Of a DNA stretch of 34,087 bases, positions 8,428 to 17,103 are shown piece after piece (position 1 is the stretch's first letter; each line of letters begins with the position of its first letter). The notes beneath the pieces are model-generated. The model saw nothing but the letters and a program-made list of their open reading frames with translations, searched no databases and was not told where the DNA came from. The translations under genes and the position numbers were made by a program. The stretch lies in sequence record DRR723986_5582; one strand, 5' to 3'.

Positions 8428-10449
8428 GGCAGCTGCCTGGGCCCGATACCAGATCGGTGACGACCAGGCCCGTTCCTGGAGAGTTTTTGGCAGGTCCGAG
8501 CGCGGTTCTTCACCGGCGCGGATAGCATCCCAGGTCGACCAGCGGCAGGTGGGGTTCTCCAGCACCCGCACGTAGTAGAAAGCATCGGCCGCGGGGTCGA
8601 AATCCGGGTCACGCCACAGGGTCTTCAGTTCCGCATCGCCGATGCCGGCGGTAATCGAGCAGTCAGTGAGACTGACGCGAGCACCGTTGTCAGGGCAACG
8701 GTGGGTGTTGCTGTCCGGGTTTGCGCCGTCCGAGCAGGCGACGTCAAAGACCTGTTCGCGATGGTCGCCGCTGTCCAGCCAGCCCTTGATAACCTGCACC
8801 CGCTGCAGCGGCGTGCCCTCGGTATCGGCGCGGGCCCAGACCAGGAAGGCGGGACTGGCCTCCAGCGGGCCGTCGAGTTCACCGCCCATGACAGTGGCGG
8901 AGTCGTAGGCCAGACGTACCAGGTCGGGGCGATCCAGATCGGCCTGTTGCAGGTTTGCGCCGGCAAAGAAGCGTACCTGGATGCGCGGTCCCGTGGTGGC
9001 AAAGGTTTCCTTGCGGCGGAAGGCGTCATAGATCGACTCGCGGGTATTTTCCTCGGCCCAGACGCCGGTCAGCCCCGACGCCGACCAGTACTCGAAGGAG
9101 GAGGTCTCCATATAGGTTTTGCCATCGACTTCCTTGATCATTTCCGGGTCCAGCAGGCGCGCGACGGTACCGTTGAGAAAGGACGCGGGAATCGAGCCGC
9201 GTGCCTCGGCGTCGCCATCCAGCAGGCCAACCTTGGAAAAGTAGTTGGCTTCATCCAGTGAGGCCGCGCCGGTATGGGTGTCGCTGGCGCCGACCAGGCC
9301 GAAGCGATAGGGGTTGAACACATCGCCCTCTGCCAGTTGCAGCCCGCGCAGGTAAGCGTCCCGGACGTAGCCGCCGGCGGGTTCGCTGTACAGTTTGGTG
9401 GCCACCCGGTAGGGGGCGATCTCGAAGTCAGCCCACTCATCGTTTTTCGACAACAGCGGGTGGGTGTCCGAGGTGCCTTTGACCTGGGTGATCTCCACCA
9501 GCGGCTCATTGCGCAGGCGCTGTTCGCCGTAGGCGTCGTCCAGGGGGTCGCCTGCCCAGTCCACCAGCTTGAACATCTGGCCGTTGGAGCCATTGGAATT
9601 GTGCGGGATGGCGAGGCTCTCAACGCCCTGTTCCCGCAGCGTGTCCATCCAGTCCCAGAGACCTTCGGGGTTCTGCGAGTTCAGGCGCGAGAAGGGCGCT
9701 GCCGGGAGGCGGTCACTGCTGCGGAAAATCACGTTGCGATGCAGGTTGCCCCGATCATCGGTCGATGACGTGTATTCGTAGGCTGCAAAGGTGGTGAACT
9801 GCCCCGGCGTATAGGCGGCATCGGCCGCCATGACGGTATCGCGCCAGGTATTGCGTGACACCTCGGCTACCGTTTCCGGGTCGATCGAGCCGTCGCGGAT
9901 CCCGGCCAATACCCCGGGAACAAAACCGAAGAATGCCTGCGACCTGGCCGGCGAACTCCACTCGTTCATGTTGCCGGGGTCGTTGATATTGTGCAGTGGT
10001 TCGGCGACCGGGTAGCGGGAAAAACGGGTGCGGGTGTCAGCCGCTTCCTTGACCAGGCCGAGAAACATGGCGTGGTCGGTGACGGCATAAAAGTCCAGGG
10101 GTCGCTGCAGCTGCATCTCGAAACCGCCGGGGTGTTGCAGGGGCATGCCGCGGGCGTAACGGTAGGCATCCTCCGGTGATGCCAGGGTGCCGAACACGTA
10201 GGCATCGAATGAGTTGGCCGTGTGCACGTGCAGGTCGCCAAAGTAGGCCCGCCGCTCGGGTTCTGGTGGGGGCCGGAACTGGATGATCCCCGTATCCGTC
10301 GGCAGCAGGCTGTTGTTGCCCGAGGCAGCGCCGGCGATGCCTACAGTGGGATTGGACTGGGCAGTGCGCAGTTGCTCGGTGTCGCTGCCACAGGCTGAGA
10401 CGAGCAGGCCGGCCAGCAGGCAGGCAGCGGGAATCGCGATACGGGTCAT
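8392..10449 (-). CDS. DUF3604 domain-containing lipoprotein (PHP-like metallohydrolase fold)
   Basis: 685 aa; lipobox LVSAC; YFGDLHVHT, LDFYAVTDH, LHRNVIF, IPHNSN, SDTH and QERAWSSPIWY. Confidence 0.85.
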   Translation of the reverse strand: MTRIAIPAACLLAGLLVSACGSDTEQLRTAQSNPTVGIAGAASGNNSLLPTDTGIIQFRPPPEPERRAYFGDLHVHTANSFDAYVFGTLASPEDAYRYARGMPLQHPGGFEMQLQRPLDFYAVTDHAMFLGLVKEAADTRTRFSRYPVAEPLHNINDPGNMNEWSSPARSQAFFGFVPGVLAGIRDGSIDPETVAEVSRNTWRDTVMAADAAYTPGQFTTFAAYEYTSSTDDRGNLHRNVIFRSSDRLPAAPFSRLNSQNPEGLWDWMDTLREQGVESLAIPHNSNGSNGQMFKLVDWAGDPLDDAYGEQRLRNEPLVEITQVKGTSDTHPLLSKNDEWADFEIAPYRVATKLYSEPAGGYVRDAYLRGLQLAEGDVFNPYRFGLVGASDTHTGAASLDEANYFSKVGLLDGDAEARGSIPASFLNGTVARLLDPEMIKEVDGKTYMETSSFEYWSASGLTGVWAEENTRESIYDAFRRKETFATTGPRIQVRFFAGANLQQADLDRPDLVRLAYDSATVMGGELDGPLEASPAFLVWARADTEGTPLQRVQVIKGWLDSGDHREQVFDVACSDGANPDSNTHRCPDNGARVSLTDCSITAGIGDAELKTLWRDPDFDPAADAFYYVRVLENPTCRWSTWDAIRAGEEPRSDLPKTLQERAWSSPIWYRAQAAASEVRTPVTPAT

Positions 10450-10509
10450 AGGTTGCTCATTGTTATCGGTTTGGGGTGATGGTATGCGCCGGGCGAGGAT
10501 ACTGCAAAG

Positions 10510-11184
10510 TCAGAAATCCGGCGGGCAGGCGACGCTCAGCAGTTCTGCGGTGCGAGGGTGGCGCAGGGTCAGCCGTGACGCGTGCAGTAACAGGCGTGGT
10601 GCCATCTGCAGGGCCGCGTCATGGGCGTACATGTCGCAACCGAGGATGGGGTGGCCGATTTGCTGCAGGTGGATACGCAGCTGATGCGAGCGCCCGGTCA
10701 CCGGCAGTAGCAGCAGGCGGGTGCGATCCCAGTGCCGTTGCATCACCTGGTATCGGGTCAGGGCAGACCGGCCCTCGGCGTGGCAGATTTTCTGCCGCGG
10801 TGGATTATCCAGGTCGCGAGCAATCGGCAGGTCGATTTCGCCCGCCTCTGCGCTGACCTGTCCATAGACAACGGCCTGGTAGGCCTTGGTCACTTCCCGG
10901 CGCTGGAACTGCCGGCTGAGTTCTGCGTGGGTCGCGGCATTCAGCGGGACCACCATGATGCCGGAGGTGTCCAGGTCGAGCCGGTGCACCATGCTGGCCT
11001 GGGGATAGCGCTGTTGCAATCGGTGGATCAGGCAGTCGTGGTTCAGGGGGTGACGGCCGGGCACCGATAGCAGCAGGTGTGGCTTGCGCACCATCAGCAA
11101 GTCCTCATCCTCGTACAGGATGTGGATGGCCTCCTGGCTATGGGGAACCAGGTAGGGGGGCAGCTCGGTGTCTGTCGCAGTCAT
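10510..11184 (-). CDS. rluA: RluA-family pseudouridine synthase
   Basis: Start at MTATDTELPPY (ATG 11184); KPHLLLSVPG, catalytic HRLDLDTSG, TGRSHQLR and GHPILGC; no S4 domain. Confidence 0.88.
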   Translation of the reverse strand: MTATDTELPPYLVPHSQEAIHILYEDEDLLMVRKPHLLLSVPGRHPLNHDCLIHRLQQRYPQASMVHRLDLDTSGIMVVPLNAATHAELSRQFQRREVTKAYQAVVYGQVSAEAGEIDLPIARDLDNPPRQKICHAEGRSALTRYQVMQRHWDRTRLLLLPVTGRSHQLRIHLQQIGHPILGCDMYAHDAALQMAPRLLLHASRLTLRHPRTAELLSVACPPDF

Positions 11185-11248
11185 GGTGCGCTTACTGTAT
11201 GCACTCGCCGGGAAATGTACACTGGATTTTTTGCCACTGTACCCAGCC

Positions 11249-11911
11249 ATGATCGAACACCCACTCACCAGACAGATAGCGGAGCAACTGCCCGGCGCCA
11301 GGATAGAGCCCGCCGTGTTGCCGTTGTGCGCCGAGATCGAGTTGTTACTGCTCAATGCCGACTACCCGCAGCACGCGCTGGCCCCGGAACTGGCCCTGCG
11401 GCTGATGGAGGAGCCGCTGTACTGGACCTTCTGCTGGGCCTCGGGCCAGGTGCTGGCGCGCTGGTTACTCGACAACCCGGAGCTGGTGCGGGGCCGGCGA
11501 GTACTGGATTTCGGCTGCGGTTCGGGCGTGGCGGGTATAGCGGCGGCGCTGGCGGGCGCCCGGGAGGTGATTGCCTGTGATATCGACCCGTTGGCTTTGC
11601 AGGCCAGTGAGGCCAATGCGCGGCTTAATGGGGTCCAGCTGGTACCGGTGGCCGACTTTCACCAGGTCGACGGCGAGTTGGACCTGATCCTCGCGGCGGA
11701 TGTGTTGTACGACCGCTCCAACCTGTTCTGGCTGGAAGCGTTCCAAGGGCGCGCTGCGCAGGTGCTGGTGGCAGACTCGCGGATTCGCGACTTAGACCTG
11801 CCGCCCTATCGCCTGATCGGCCGGGCGCAGGCCAGTACCATTCCCGACCTGGATGAATCGGCGGAATTTCGCGAGGTGCGGCTCTACCAGGCCGCCAGGC
11901 GTGACGGGTGA
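11249..11911 (+). CDS. Class I SAM-dependent methyltransferase (protein lysine methyltransferase, METTL20/ETFBKMT-like)
   Basis: ATG at 11249; PLYWTFCWASG, motif I VLDFGCGSG, post-I CDIDP and ADVLYD (DxxY). Confidence 0.82.
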   Translation: MIEHPLTRQIAEQLPGARIEPAVLPLCAEIELLLLNADYPQHALAPELALRLMEEPLYWTFCWASGQVLARWLLDNPELVRGRRVLDFGCGSGVAGIAAALAGAREVIACDIDPLALQASEANARLNGVQLVPVADFHQVDGELDLILAADVLYDRSNLFWLEAFQGRAAQVLVADSRIRDLDLPPYRLIGRAQASTIPDLDESAEFREVRLYQAARRDG

Positions 11912-11923
11912 TCTGGTGCTGGC

Positions 11924-12478
11924 TCAGCTGGTACCCGATTCCTGGCGATCGCCGCCACGGCCCAGCAGGCGGAAAAAGGCATAGGATGGGTCTCCTTCAC
12001 CGGGGCAGCCGATGTGGGAACCCTCGATCAGGGGGTGGCGGAGATCAACCCGGGATGGCTCGTTGACTGTGGCCCAGTCCGCCAGTACCGCACGCTGGCT
12101 GAATTTCCACTGGCCGTCCCGGCGCTGGTACTGGTCCAGGTAGCGGCCGCCGATAAACAGGTCGATAGCCCCCGTTTCCGTCGCCACCTTGTGATAGGCC
12201 AGCACGTAGTGCTCGCCCTCGGCATAATCCCCATCGAGCGCGATGATGGAGCTGGTGATGTTGTGGTGGAGGATCTCCATCGGCGCCTGGATCTCGGGCA
12301 GGCGGTCGATGAATTCCATCGCCAGGCCCTTGAAGAAGCCACCGTGATCATCGATCGCATCATCGTGGTAGAGCGTGCGCAACAGCGCGTGATCGTGGCG
12401 GTCCGATGCCCGGCAATACATGTGGACCAGGTCAATGATGGCCTGCTTGTCGAGTAAGGCCTGCAGTTCGGTGTTCAT
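11924..12478 (-). CDS. NTF2-like / SnoaL-like domain protein
   Basis: Start MNTELQALLDKQAI (ATGA overlap with the pdxJ stop); YCRASDRHD, LYHDDAIDDHG and GGRYLDQYQRRDGQWKFSQR. Confidence 0.85.
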   Translation of the reverse strand: MNTELQALLDKQAIIDLVHMYCRASDRHDHALLRTLYHDDAIDDHGGFFKGLAMEFIDRLPEIQAPMEILHHNITSSIIALDGDYAEGEHYVLAYHKVATETGAIDLFIGGRYLDQYQRRDGQWKFSQRAVLADWATVNEPSRVDLRHPLIEGSHIGCPGEGDPSYAFFRLLGRGGDRQESGTS

Positions 12479-13242
12479 AGGGTTTTCCCCAGTGCGTGTT
12501 GGTAGGCCCTGACCGCGTTGTCCAGGCCCATGCCGAGGGCATCGACGGTGAGCGCGTGACCGATCGAGACCTCGAGCAGCCCGGGCACGGTGGCGAAGCG
12601 GGGCAGGTTGTGGAGATTCAGGTCGTGGCCCGCGTTCAGCCCCAGGCCACATTCCGCAGCAGCCTCGGCGGCGGCGACAAAGCGCGCGAAGACCGCGTCC
12701 ACATCTCGCTGCTCTTCGAATGCGCGGGCGTAGCTCTCGGTGTACAGCTCGATGCGGTCGGTGCCGGTCTGCGCGGCCAGGCGAATCTGCTCGGGGTCCG
12801 GATCCATGAACAGGCTGGTACGGATGCCCAGGGCCTGTAATTCGGCGACCAGCGGGGCCACCCGGTCACCGTCCCGTTTCAGGTCGAAACCGTGATCGGA
12901 TGTCAGCTGCGCGTCGCCGTCAGGGACCAGGGTGCACTGGGCGGGACGAATCTCGCGCACCAGCGCCATGAACCCGGGATAATCGCTGATCCCGGGTCGG
13001 TCGCTGCGGCGTGGCCCGGTGAATGGATTGCCCTCGATATTGAACTCGACATCGAGCATCGCCACGAGGTCGAAGCAGTCCTGGACGCGGATATGGCGCT
13101 GGTCCGGGCGGGGGTGCACGGTGATACCGTCGGCCCCGGCATCGATACAGATGCGGGCATGGGTCGGAACGTCCGGATTGCGGGTATCGCGCGAGTTGCG
13201 GATCAGCGCAATCTTGTTCAGGTTGACGCTGAGCGCGATCAT
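12475..13242 (-). CDS. pdxJ: Pyridoxine 5'-phosphate synthase
   Basis: LSVNLNKIALIRNSR, GITVHPRPDQRHIR, NIEG, CTLVP, IELYT, NAGHDL and EVSIGH. Confidence 0.93.
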   Translation of the reverse strand: MIALSVNLNKIALIRNSRDTRNPDVPTHARICIDAGADGITVHPRPDQRHIRVQDCFDLVAMLDVEFNIEGNPFTGPRRSDRPGISDYPGFMALVREIRPAQCTLVPDGDAQLTSDHGFDLKRDGDRVAPLVAELQALGIRTSLFMDPDPEQIRLAAQTGTDRIELYTESYARAFEEQRDVDAVFARFVAAAEAAAECGLGLNAGHDLNLHNLPRFATVPGLLEVSIGHALTVDALGMGLDNAVRAYQHALGKTL

Positions 13243-13811
13243 AGCAGGCTCTTGCGCACGATCTCCTGGATAAGGATCGGTTCGGTGGGCACGTCACTGT
13301 GGGTGCCGACGCGCATGACCGGGCTGGTGGCAATGAAGTCCACCACATCCATGCCATCGGTCACTTCGCCGAACACCGTGTAACCTTCCTGCCCCGGGGT
13401 CCAGTCAAGGCGCAGGTTGGTGCGCTGGTTGATGAAGAACTGGCTGGTGGCGGAGTCCGGGTCGTTGGTCCGCGCCATGGCGATGGTACCGCGCACGTTG
13501 TGCAGCCGGTTCCGGGCCTCGCTGACGATCGGTTCCTTGGTGGGTTTCTCGGTCATGTCGGGCAGCATGCCGCCCCCCTGGATCATGAAATTCGGTATCA
13601 CCCGGTGAAAAATGGTGCCGCTGTAAAAACCCTCGTCCACGTATTGCAGGAAATTGGCCACAGTAATGGGGGCCTTGTCGCGATACAGGCGGACGCTGAT
13701 GTCGCCCTGGGTGGTTCTGATGATGACCTCGGGGTTAGGTAGCGGGGTCTCCTCCGCGAGCAGGGTCGGTGCGATGAGGAAGCCAAGTGTCAGCAGCAGG
13801 GTTTTGAACAT
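13239..13811 (-). CDS. ppiA: Periplasmic cyclophilin-type peptidyl-prolyl isomerase
   Basis: Signal peptide MFKTLLL...LLA; APITVANF, IFHRVIPNFMIQGGG and MARTNDPDSATSQFFIN. Confidence 0.92.
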   Translation of the reverse strand: MFKTLLLTLGFLIAPTLLAEETPLPNPEVIIRTTQGDISVRLYRDKAPITVANFLQYVDEGFYSGTIFHRVIPNFMIQGGGMLPDMTEKPTKEPIVSEARNRLHNVRGTIAMARTNDPDSATSQFFINQRTNLRLDWTPGQEGYTVFGEVTDGMDVVDFIATSPVMRVGTHSDVPTEPILIQEIVRKSLL

Positions 13812-13838
13812 TTTCGGTCTCCGGTTGATCATCTGCGG

Positions 13839-14513
13839 TTATGCCCAGCCAGTGTTGCGTTTGCGCTTGGGCCACAGGCGCGGCACCACCAGGGTAATGA
13901 TCACCCCGAGCAGCACGGCCAGCGCGCCGTCGAGAAACGCGCTACTGCGCAGGCTTTCCTGCAGGCGCTGGTTTTCCGATTCCAGCATGCCGGCCTTGGA
14001 ACGCAGGTTTTCCGCCTCTTCGGCGAGACGCCGGTTATCGCTGTCGAGCTGGACCGCGTTACCCGAGATCTGCTTGAGCTGGGCCAGTTCCTCGGTGACC
14101 GAGCGCAGGGTGGATTCGGTGCTGCTGCTCTGGTCGACGAGTTCGGTCTGCTCGCCCTTCAGTTGGGTGAGCTCAGCCCGCAGGCTGTCGTTCTGTTCCT
14201 CGAGGCCTGCGACCCGTTGTTCTGCCGTTTGCAGCTTGACCTGTGCCGGGATGTCTTCCATCAGGTACTGGGTGCGGACCCAGCCGCTGGTGCCGCCGCC
14301 GGTCGAGATCTCTGCCCAGTCGCCGTCTTCCGACACCTGGGACACGGTCAGCCGGGTGCCAGAGGGCAGGCCGCGGTGGATGATGCGGTAGTCACCGCCG
14401 GCACCGCTGCGCACCGGGATGTACTGCTTGTCTGAGATGTAGCGGACGTCCTGTGCCTGGGTGGCGGAGGCCGCCAGCACGGTGAGCAGGGTGATTATCA
14501 GCGAACGCAACAA
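13839..14513 (-). CDS. SH3-domain protein with coiled coil and C-terminal TM helix (YgiM/HtrG, TIGR04211 type)
   Basis: TTG at 14513 after a GAGGAG RBS; signal peptide, RYISD..YIPVRSGAG..YRII, GWV..QYL, coiled coil, TM helix and basic tail ending in W. Confidence 0.85.
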   Translation of the reverse strand: MLRSLIITLLTVLAASATQAQDVRYISDKQYIPVRSGAGGDYRIIHRGLPSGTRLTVSQVSEDGDWAEISTGGGTSGWVRTQYLMEDIPAQVKLQTAEQRVAGLEEQNDSLRAELTQLKGEQTELVDQSSSTESTLRSVTEELAQLKQISGNAVQLDSDNRRLAEEAENLRSKAGMLESENQRLQESLRSSAFLDGALAVLLGVIITLVVPRLWPKRKRNTGWA

Positions 14514-14579
14514 AACGGACTCCTCAGGCGGTAAAAGCGGTAATTTCAGGGCTCGCAAGCATAGCACGGGCCTCGCTGC

Positions 14580-14879
14580 TCAGGGCAGCACGACCTTGTA
14601 GGGTTTCACGGTAACCCGGCTGAATACGCCGGCGCTGACATAGGGGTCATCGTCCGCCCAGACGGTAGCTTCCTCCAGGCTGCCGAACTCGGCGATGACC
14701 AGGCTGCCGGTGAAGCCGGCTTCACCCGGGTCCGTGGTGTCGAGTGCCGGATGCGGCCCGGCGGCCAGTAGACGGCCCTGGTCAACCAGGGCCTGGAGTC
14801 GTTCCAGGTGCGCTGGGCGGGCCTGCTGGCGCAGGGCCAGGCTATTGGGTACGTCCTCGCAGAGGATGGCGTATTACAT
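14580..14879 (-). pseudogene. yciI: YciI-family protein with in-frame TAA at codon 2 (pseudogene or sequence error)
   Basis: Not in the ORF track. Reads ATG TAA TAC GCC ATC...: [98 protein letters not shown]. Full YciI length, directly downstream of yciB. Confidence 0.88.
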
Positions 14880-14884
14880 CGTGA

Positions 14885-15484
14885 TCAGCGCTCCGTGGCC
14901 CGCTCGTCGGCGGGTTCGTCTTTGAGGTGCGGACTGACGATGAGTGCCGTCAGCACGGTAAGCAGCAGGGTGAAACCGATCGCCGAGTAGAGCTTGTAGC
15001 TGACCCAGGTGGATTCGCTGTAGCCATAGGCGACCACCAGGTTGAGCCCGCCGACAAGGGCGAAGTTACTGACCCAGAGCAGGTTGAGGCGGGCCCAGAC
15101 CGGCTTCGGCAGCCGGATCTGGCTGCCGAGAGTGCGTTCCATGAGGTTCTTCTCGCCGATGAACTGGGAGCCGGCGAAGACCAGCGCCAGCGCCCAGTTG
15201 AAAATTGTCGGCTTCCACTGGATGAACATCTGGTTGCGGAACAGCAAGGTAGCGCCACCAAAAATACAGACTGCGAGCAGCATCCACAGCAGGCGTTTTT
15301 CCAGCTCCCGGGTCAGCAGGTAGCTGATCACGACCTGGATAGCGGTGGCGATCATCAGTACAGCGGTGGCGGAAAAGATCCCGTCGAGGGTGTATTCCCA
15401 GCTGCCAAGCGTGAGTATCTGCCCGTCCAGTTGGTAGACGATGAAAAACAGTGCGATGGGAACGAACTCAAGTAATTGCCGCAT
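14885..15484 (-). CDS. yciB: Inner membrane septation protein A (YciB/IspZ)
   Basis: Start MRQLLEFVPIALFF; FGGATL, FIQWKPTI and WVSYKL. Confidence 0.92.
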   Translation of the reverse strand: MRQLLEFVPIALFFIVYQLDGQILTLGSWEYTLDGIFSATAVLMIATAIQVVISYLLTRELEKRLLWMLLAVCIFGGATLLFRNQMFIQWKPTIFNWALALVFAGSQFIGEKNLMERTLGSQIRLPKPVWARLNLLWVSNFALVGGLNLVVAYGYSESTWVSYKLYSAIGFTLLLTVLTALIVSPHLKDEPADERATER

Positions 15485-15579
15485 GATCCTTGCCTGGTTG
15501 CGCCGTGATACCCTTAGGTAACCGGTGGGGTGGGGCTCGCCGCCGAACCCGATTGACCGAAACTCGAAGTGTAAAGACT

Positions 15580-16446
15580 GTGCTGATCGACTTCCATACA
15601 CATACTACCGCGTCTGACGGTGCGCTCGCCCCGGAGGCCCTGCTTGACCGCGCCCTGGCGCGCGGTATCGACCTGTTTGCCATTACCGATCACGACACGG
15701 TTGCCGGTTACCGGGCGGCGCGTGATTATTATACGGGTATTCCTGCAGAGATGGTCCTGGTGTCCGGGGTCGAGCTGTCGTGTCGCTGGTCGGGGACCAC
15801 CATACACGTGGTGGGACTGGGTATGGACTGTGATCATCCGGTGCTCTGCGCGGGCCTGGCCCGGCTCGACCAGGCCCGACTCGACCGCGGGGCGCAGATA
15901 GCCCAGCGGCTTGCCCGGGAGGGTATGCCCGGCGCGCTGGAAGGTGCACTGGCGCAGGCCGGCCAGAGTCAGCTAGGCAGACCGCATTTCGCCGCCTGGA
16001 TGGTTGAATCCGGTCACGTCCGTGATCCCGGCGAGGCCTTTGACCGCTACCTGGGCCAGGGCAAGACCGGGGACGTCAAGGCCTTCTGGCCGGAACTGGC
16101 CGAGGTGACCGGCTGGATCGTGGACAGTGGCGGGGTGGCGGTCATGGCGCACCCGCTCAAATACCGCTATACCCGGATGAAACTGCGGCGCCTGCTGGTG
16201 GACTTTCGCGCCGCCGGGGGTGGGGCCATGGAGCTGGCCTGCGGCTACCAGAAGCCGGAGCAGGGGGCCCAGTTGCAGCGTCTTGCCCTGGAGCTCGGCT
16301 TGGCGGTCTCCGCCGGCAGCGACTTCCACCGCGACGGTGCCTACGCGCCTCCGCTGGGTGTAGAATTGCGCCACCTCGGGGGGCTGCCGGGCGTCTGGGA
16401 ATGCCTCGCGGGGATCACCGGGGCCATCAGCGAGACGCCGTCTTGA
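15580..16446 (+). CDS. yciV: PHP-domain 5'-3' exoribonuclease (YciV/TrpH/RNase AM family)
   Basis: GTG at 15580; DFHTHTTASDG, AITDHDT, GVELS, GRPHFA, AHP and GSDFH; upstream of yciO. Confidence 0.87.
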   Translation: MLIDFHTHTTASDGALAPEALLDRALARGIDLFAITDHDTVAGYRAARDYYTGIPAEMVLVSGVELSCRWSGTTIHVVGLGMDCDHPVLCAGLARLDQARLDRGAQIAQRLAREGMPGALEGALAQAGQSQLGRPHFAAWMVESGHVRDPGEAFDRYLGQGKTGDVKAFWPELAEVTGWIVDSGGVAVMAHPLKYRYTRMKLRRLLVDFRAAGGGAMELACGYQKPEQGAQLQRLALELGLAVSAGSDFHRDGAYAPPLGVELRHLGGLPGVWECLAGITGAISETPS

Positions 16447-17066
16447 GCCAGTTTTTCCAGATTCATCCTGAAAACCCGCAGGCGCGGCTGGTGCGTCAGG
16501 CGGTGGACATCATTCGTGACGGCGGTGTGGTGGTCTATCCCACGGACTCCGCCTATGCCCTCGGCTGTCACATGGGCGACAAGAACGCCCTGGACCGGAT
16601 CCGGCGTATCCGCCGGCTGGATGACCGGCACAATTTCACCCTGGTGTGCCGCGACCTGTCGGAAATTGCCAGCTATGCCCGGGTGGACAATGCGGTCTAC
16701 CGGCTGTTGCGGCACTGCACCCCGGGGCCGTATACCTTCATCCTCAAGGCCACCACCGAGGTGCCCCGGCGGATGATGCATCCCAAACGTAAAACCATCG
16801 GTCTGCGGGTGCCGGCCAACCCCATCGCCGCGGCCTTGCTGGCCGATCTTGGCGAGCCCCTGATGAGCGTTACCCTGATCATGCCGGGGGACGAATACCC
16901 GCTCATCGACCCCTACGAAATCCGCGATTTACTGGAGCATGACGTGGATCTGGTCATCGACGGGGGCTACTGCGGCATGGAGCCGACCACGGTCGTGGAT
17001 CTGGCGGATGAGGTACCTATCCTGCTGCGAGCTGGGAAGGGCGACATAGCGCCTTTTGAGGATTAG
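16443..17066 (+). CDS. yciO: Sua5/YciO/YrdC family protein (YciO paralogue of TsaC)
   Basis: TTG at 16443 overlapping the upstream TGA; SQFFQIHPENPQ, YPTDSAYALGC, HNFTLVC and TPGPYTFIL. Confidence 0.92.
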   Translation: MSQFFQIHPENPQARLVRQAVDIIRDGGVVVYPTDSAYALGCHMGDKNALDRIRRIRRLDDRHNFTLVCRDLSEIASYARVDNAVYRLLRHCTPGPYTFILKATTEVPRRMMHPKRKTIGLRVPANPIAAALLADLGEPLMSVTLIMPGDEYPLIDPYEIRDLLEHDVDLVIDGGYCGMEPTTVVDLADEVPILLRAGKGDIAPFED

Positions 17067-17103
17067 TCAGGTATACTGCGGGCAAACCAGCGCAGGTAAG
17101 CCA

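Noticed and set aside
14709-14726. Perfect 18-bp palindrome GGTGAAGCCGGCTTCACC inside yciI
   Set aside because: It encodes the conserved GEAGFT peptide with common codons, so it is probably a coding coincidence.
14695-14990. Short plus-strand ORFs filling the apparent gap between the SH3 gene and yciB
   Set aside because: The gap is explained by the interrupted minus-strand yciI.
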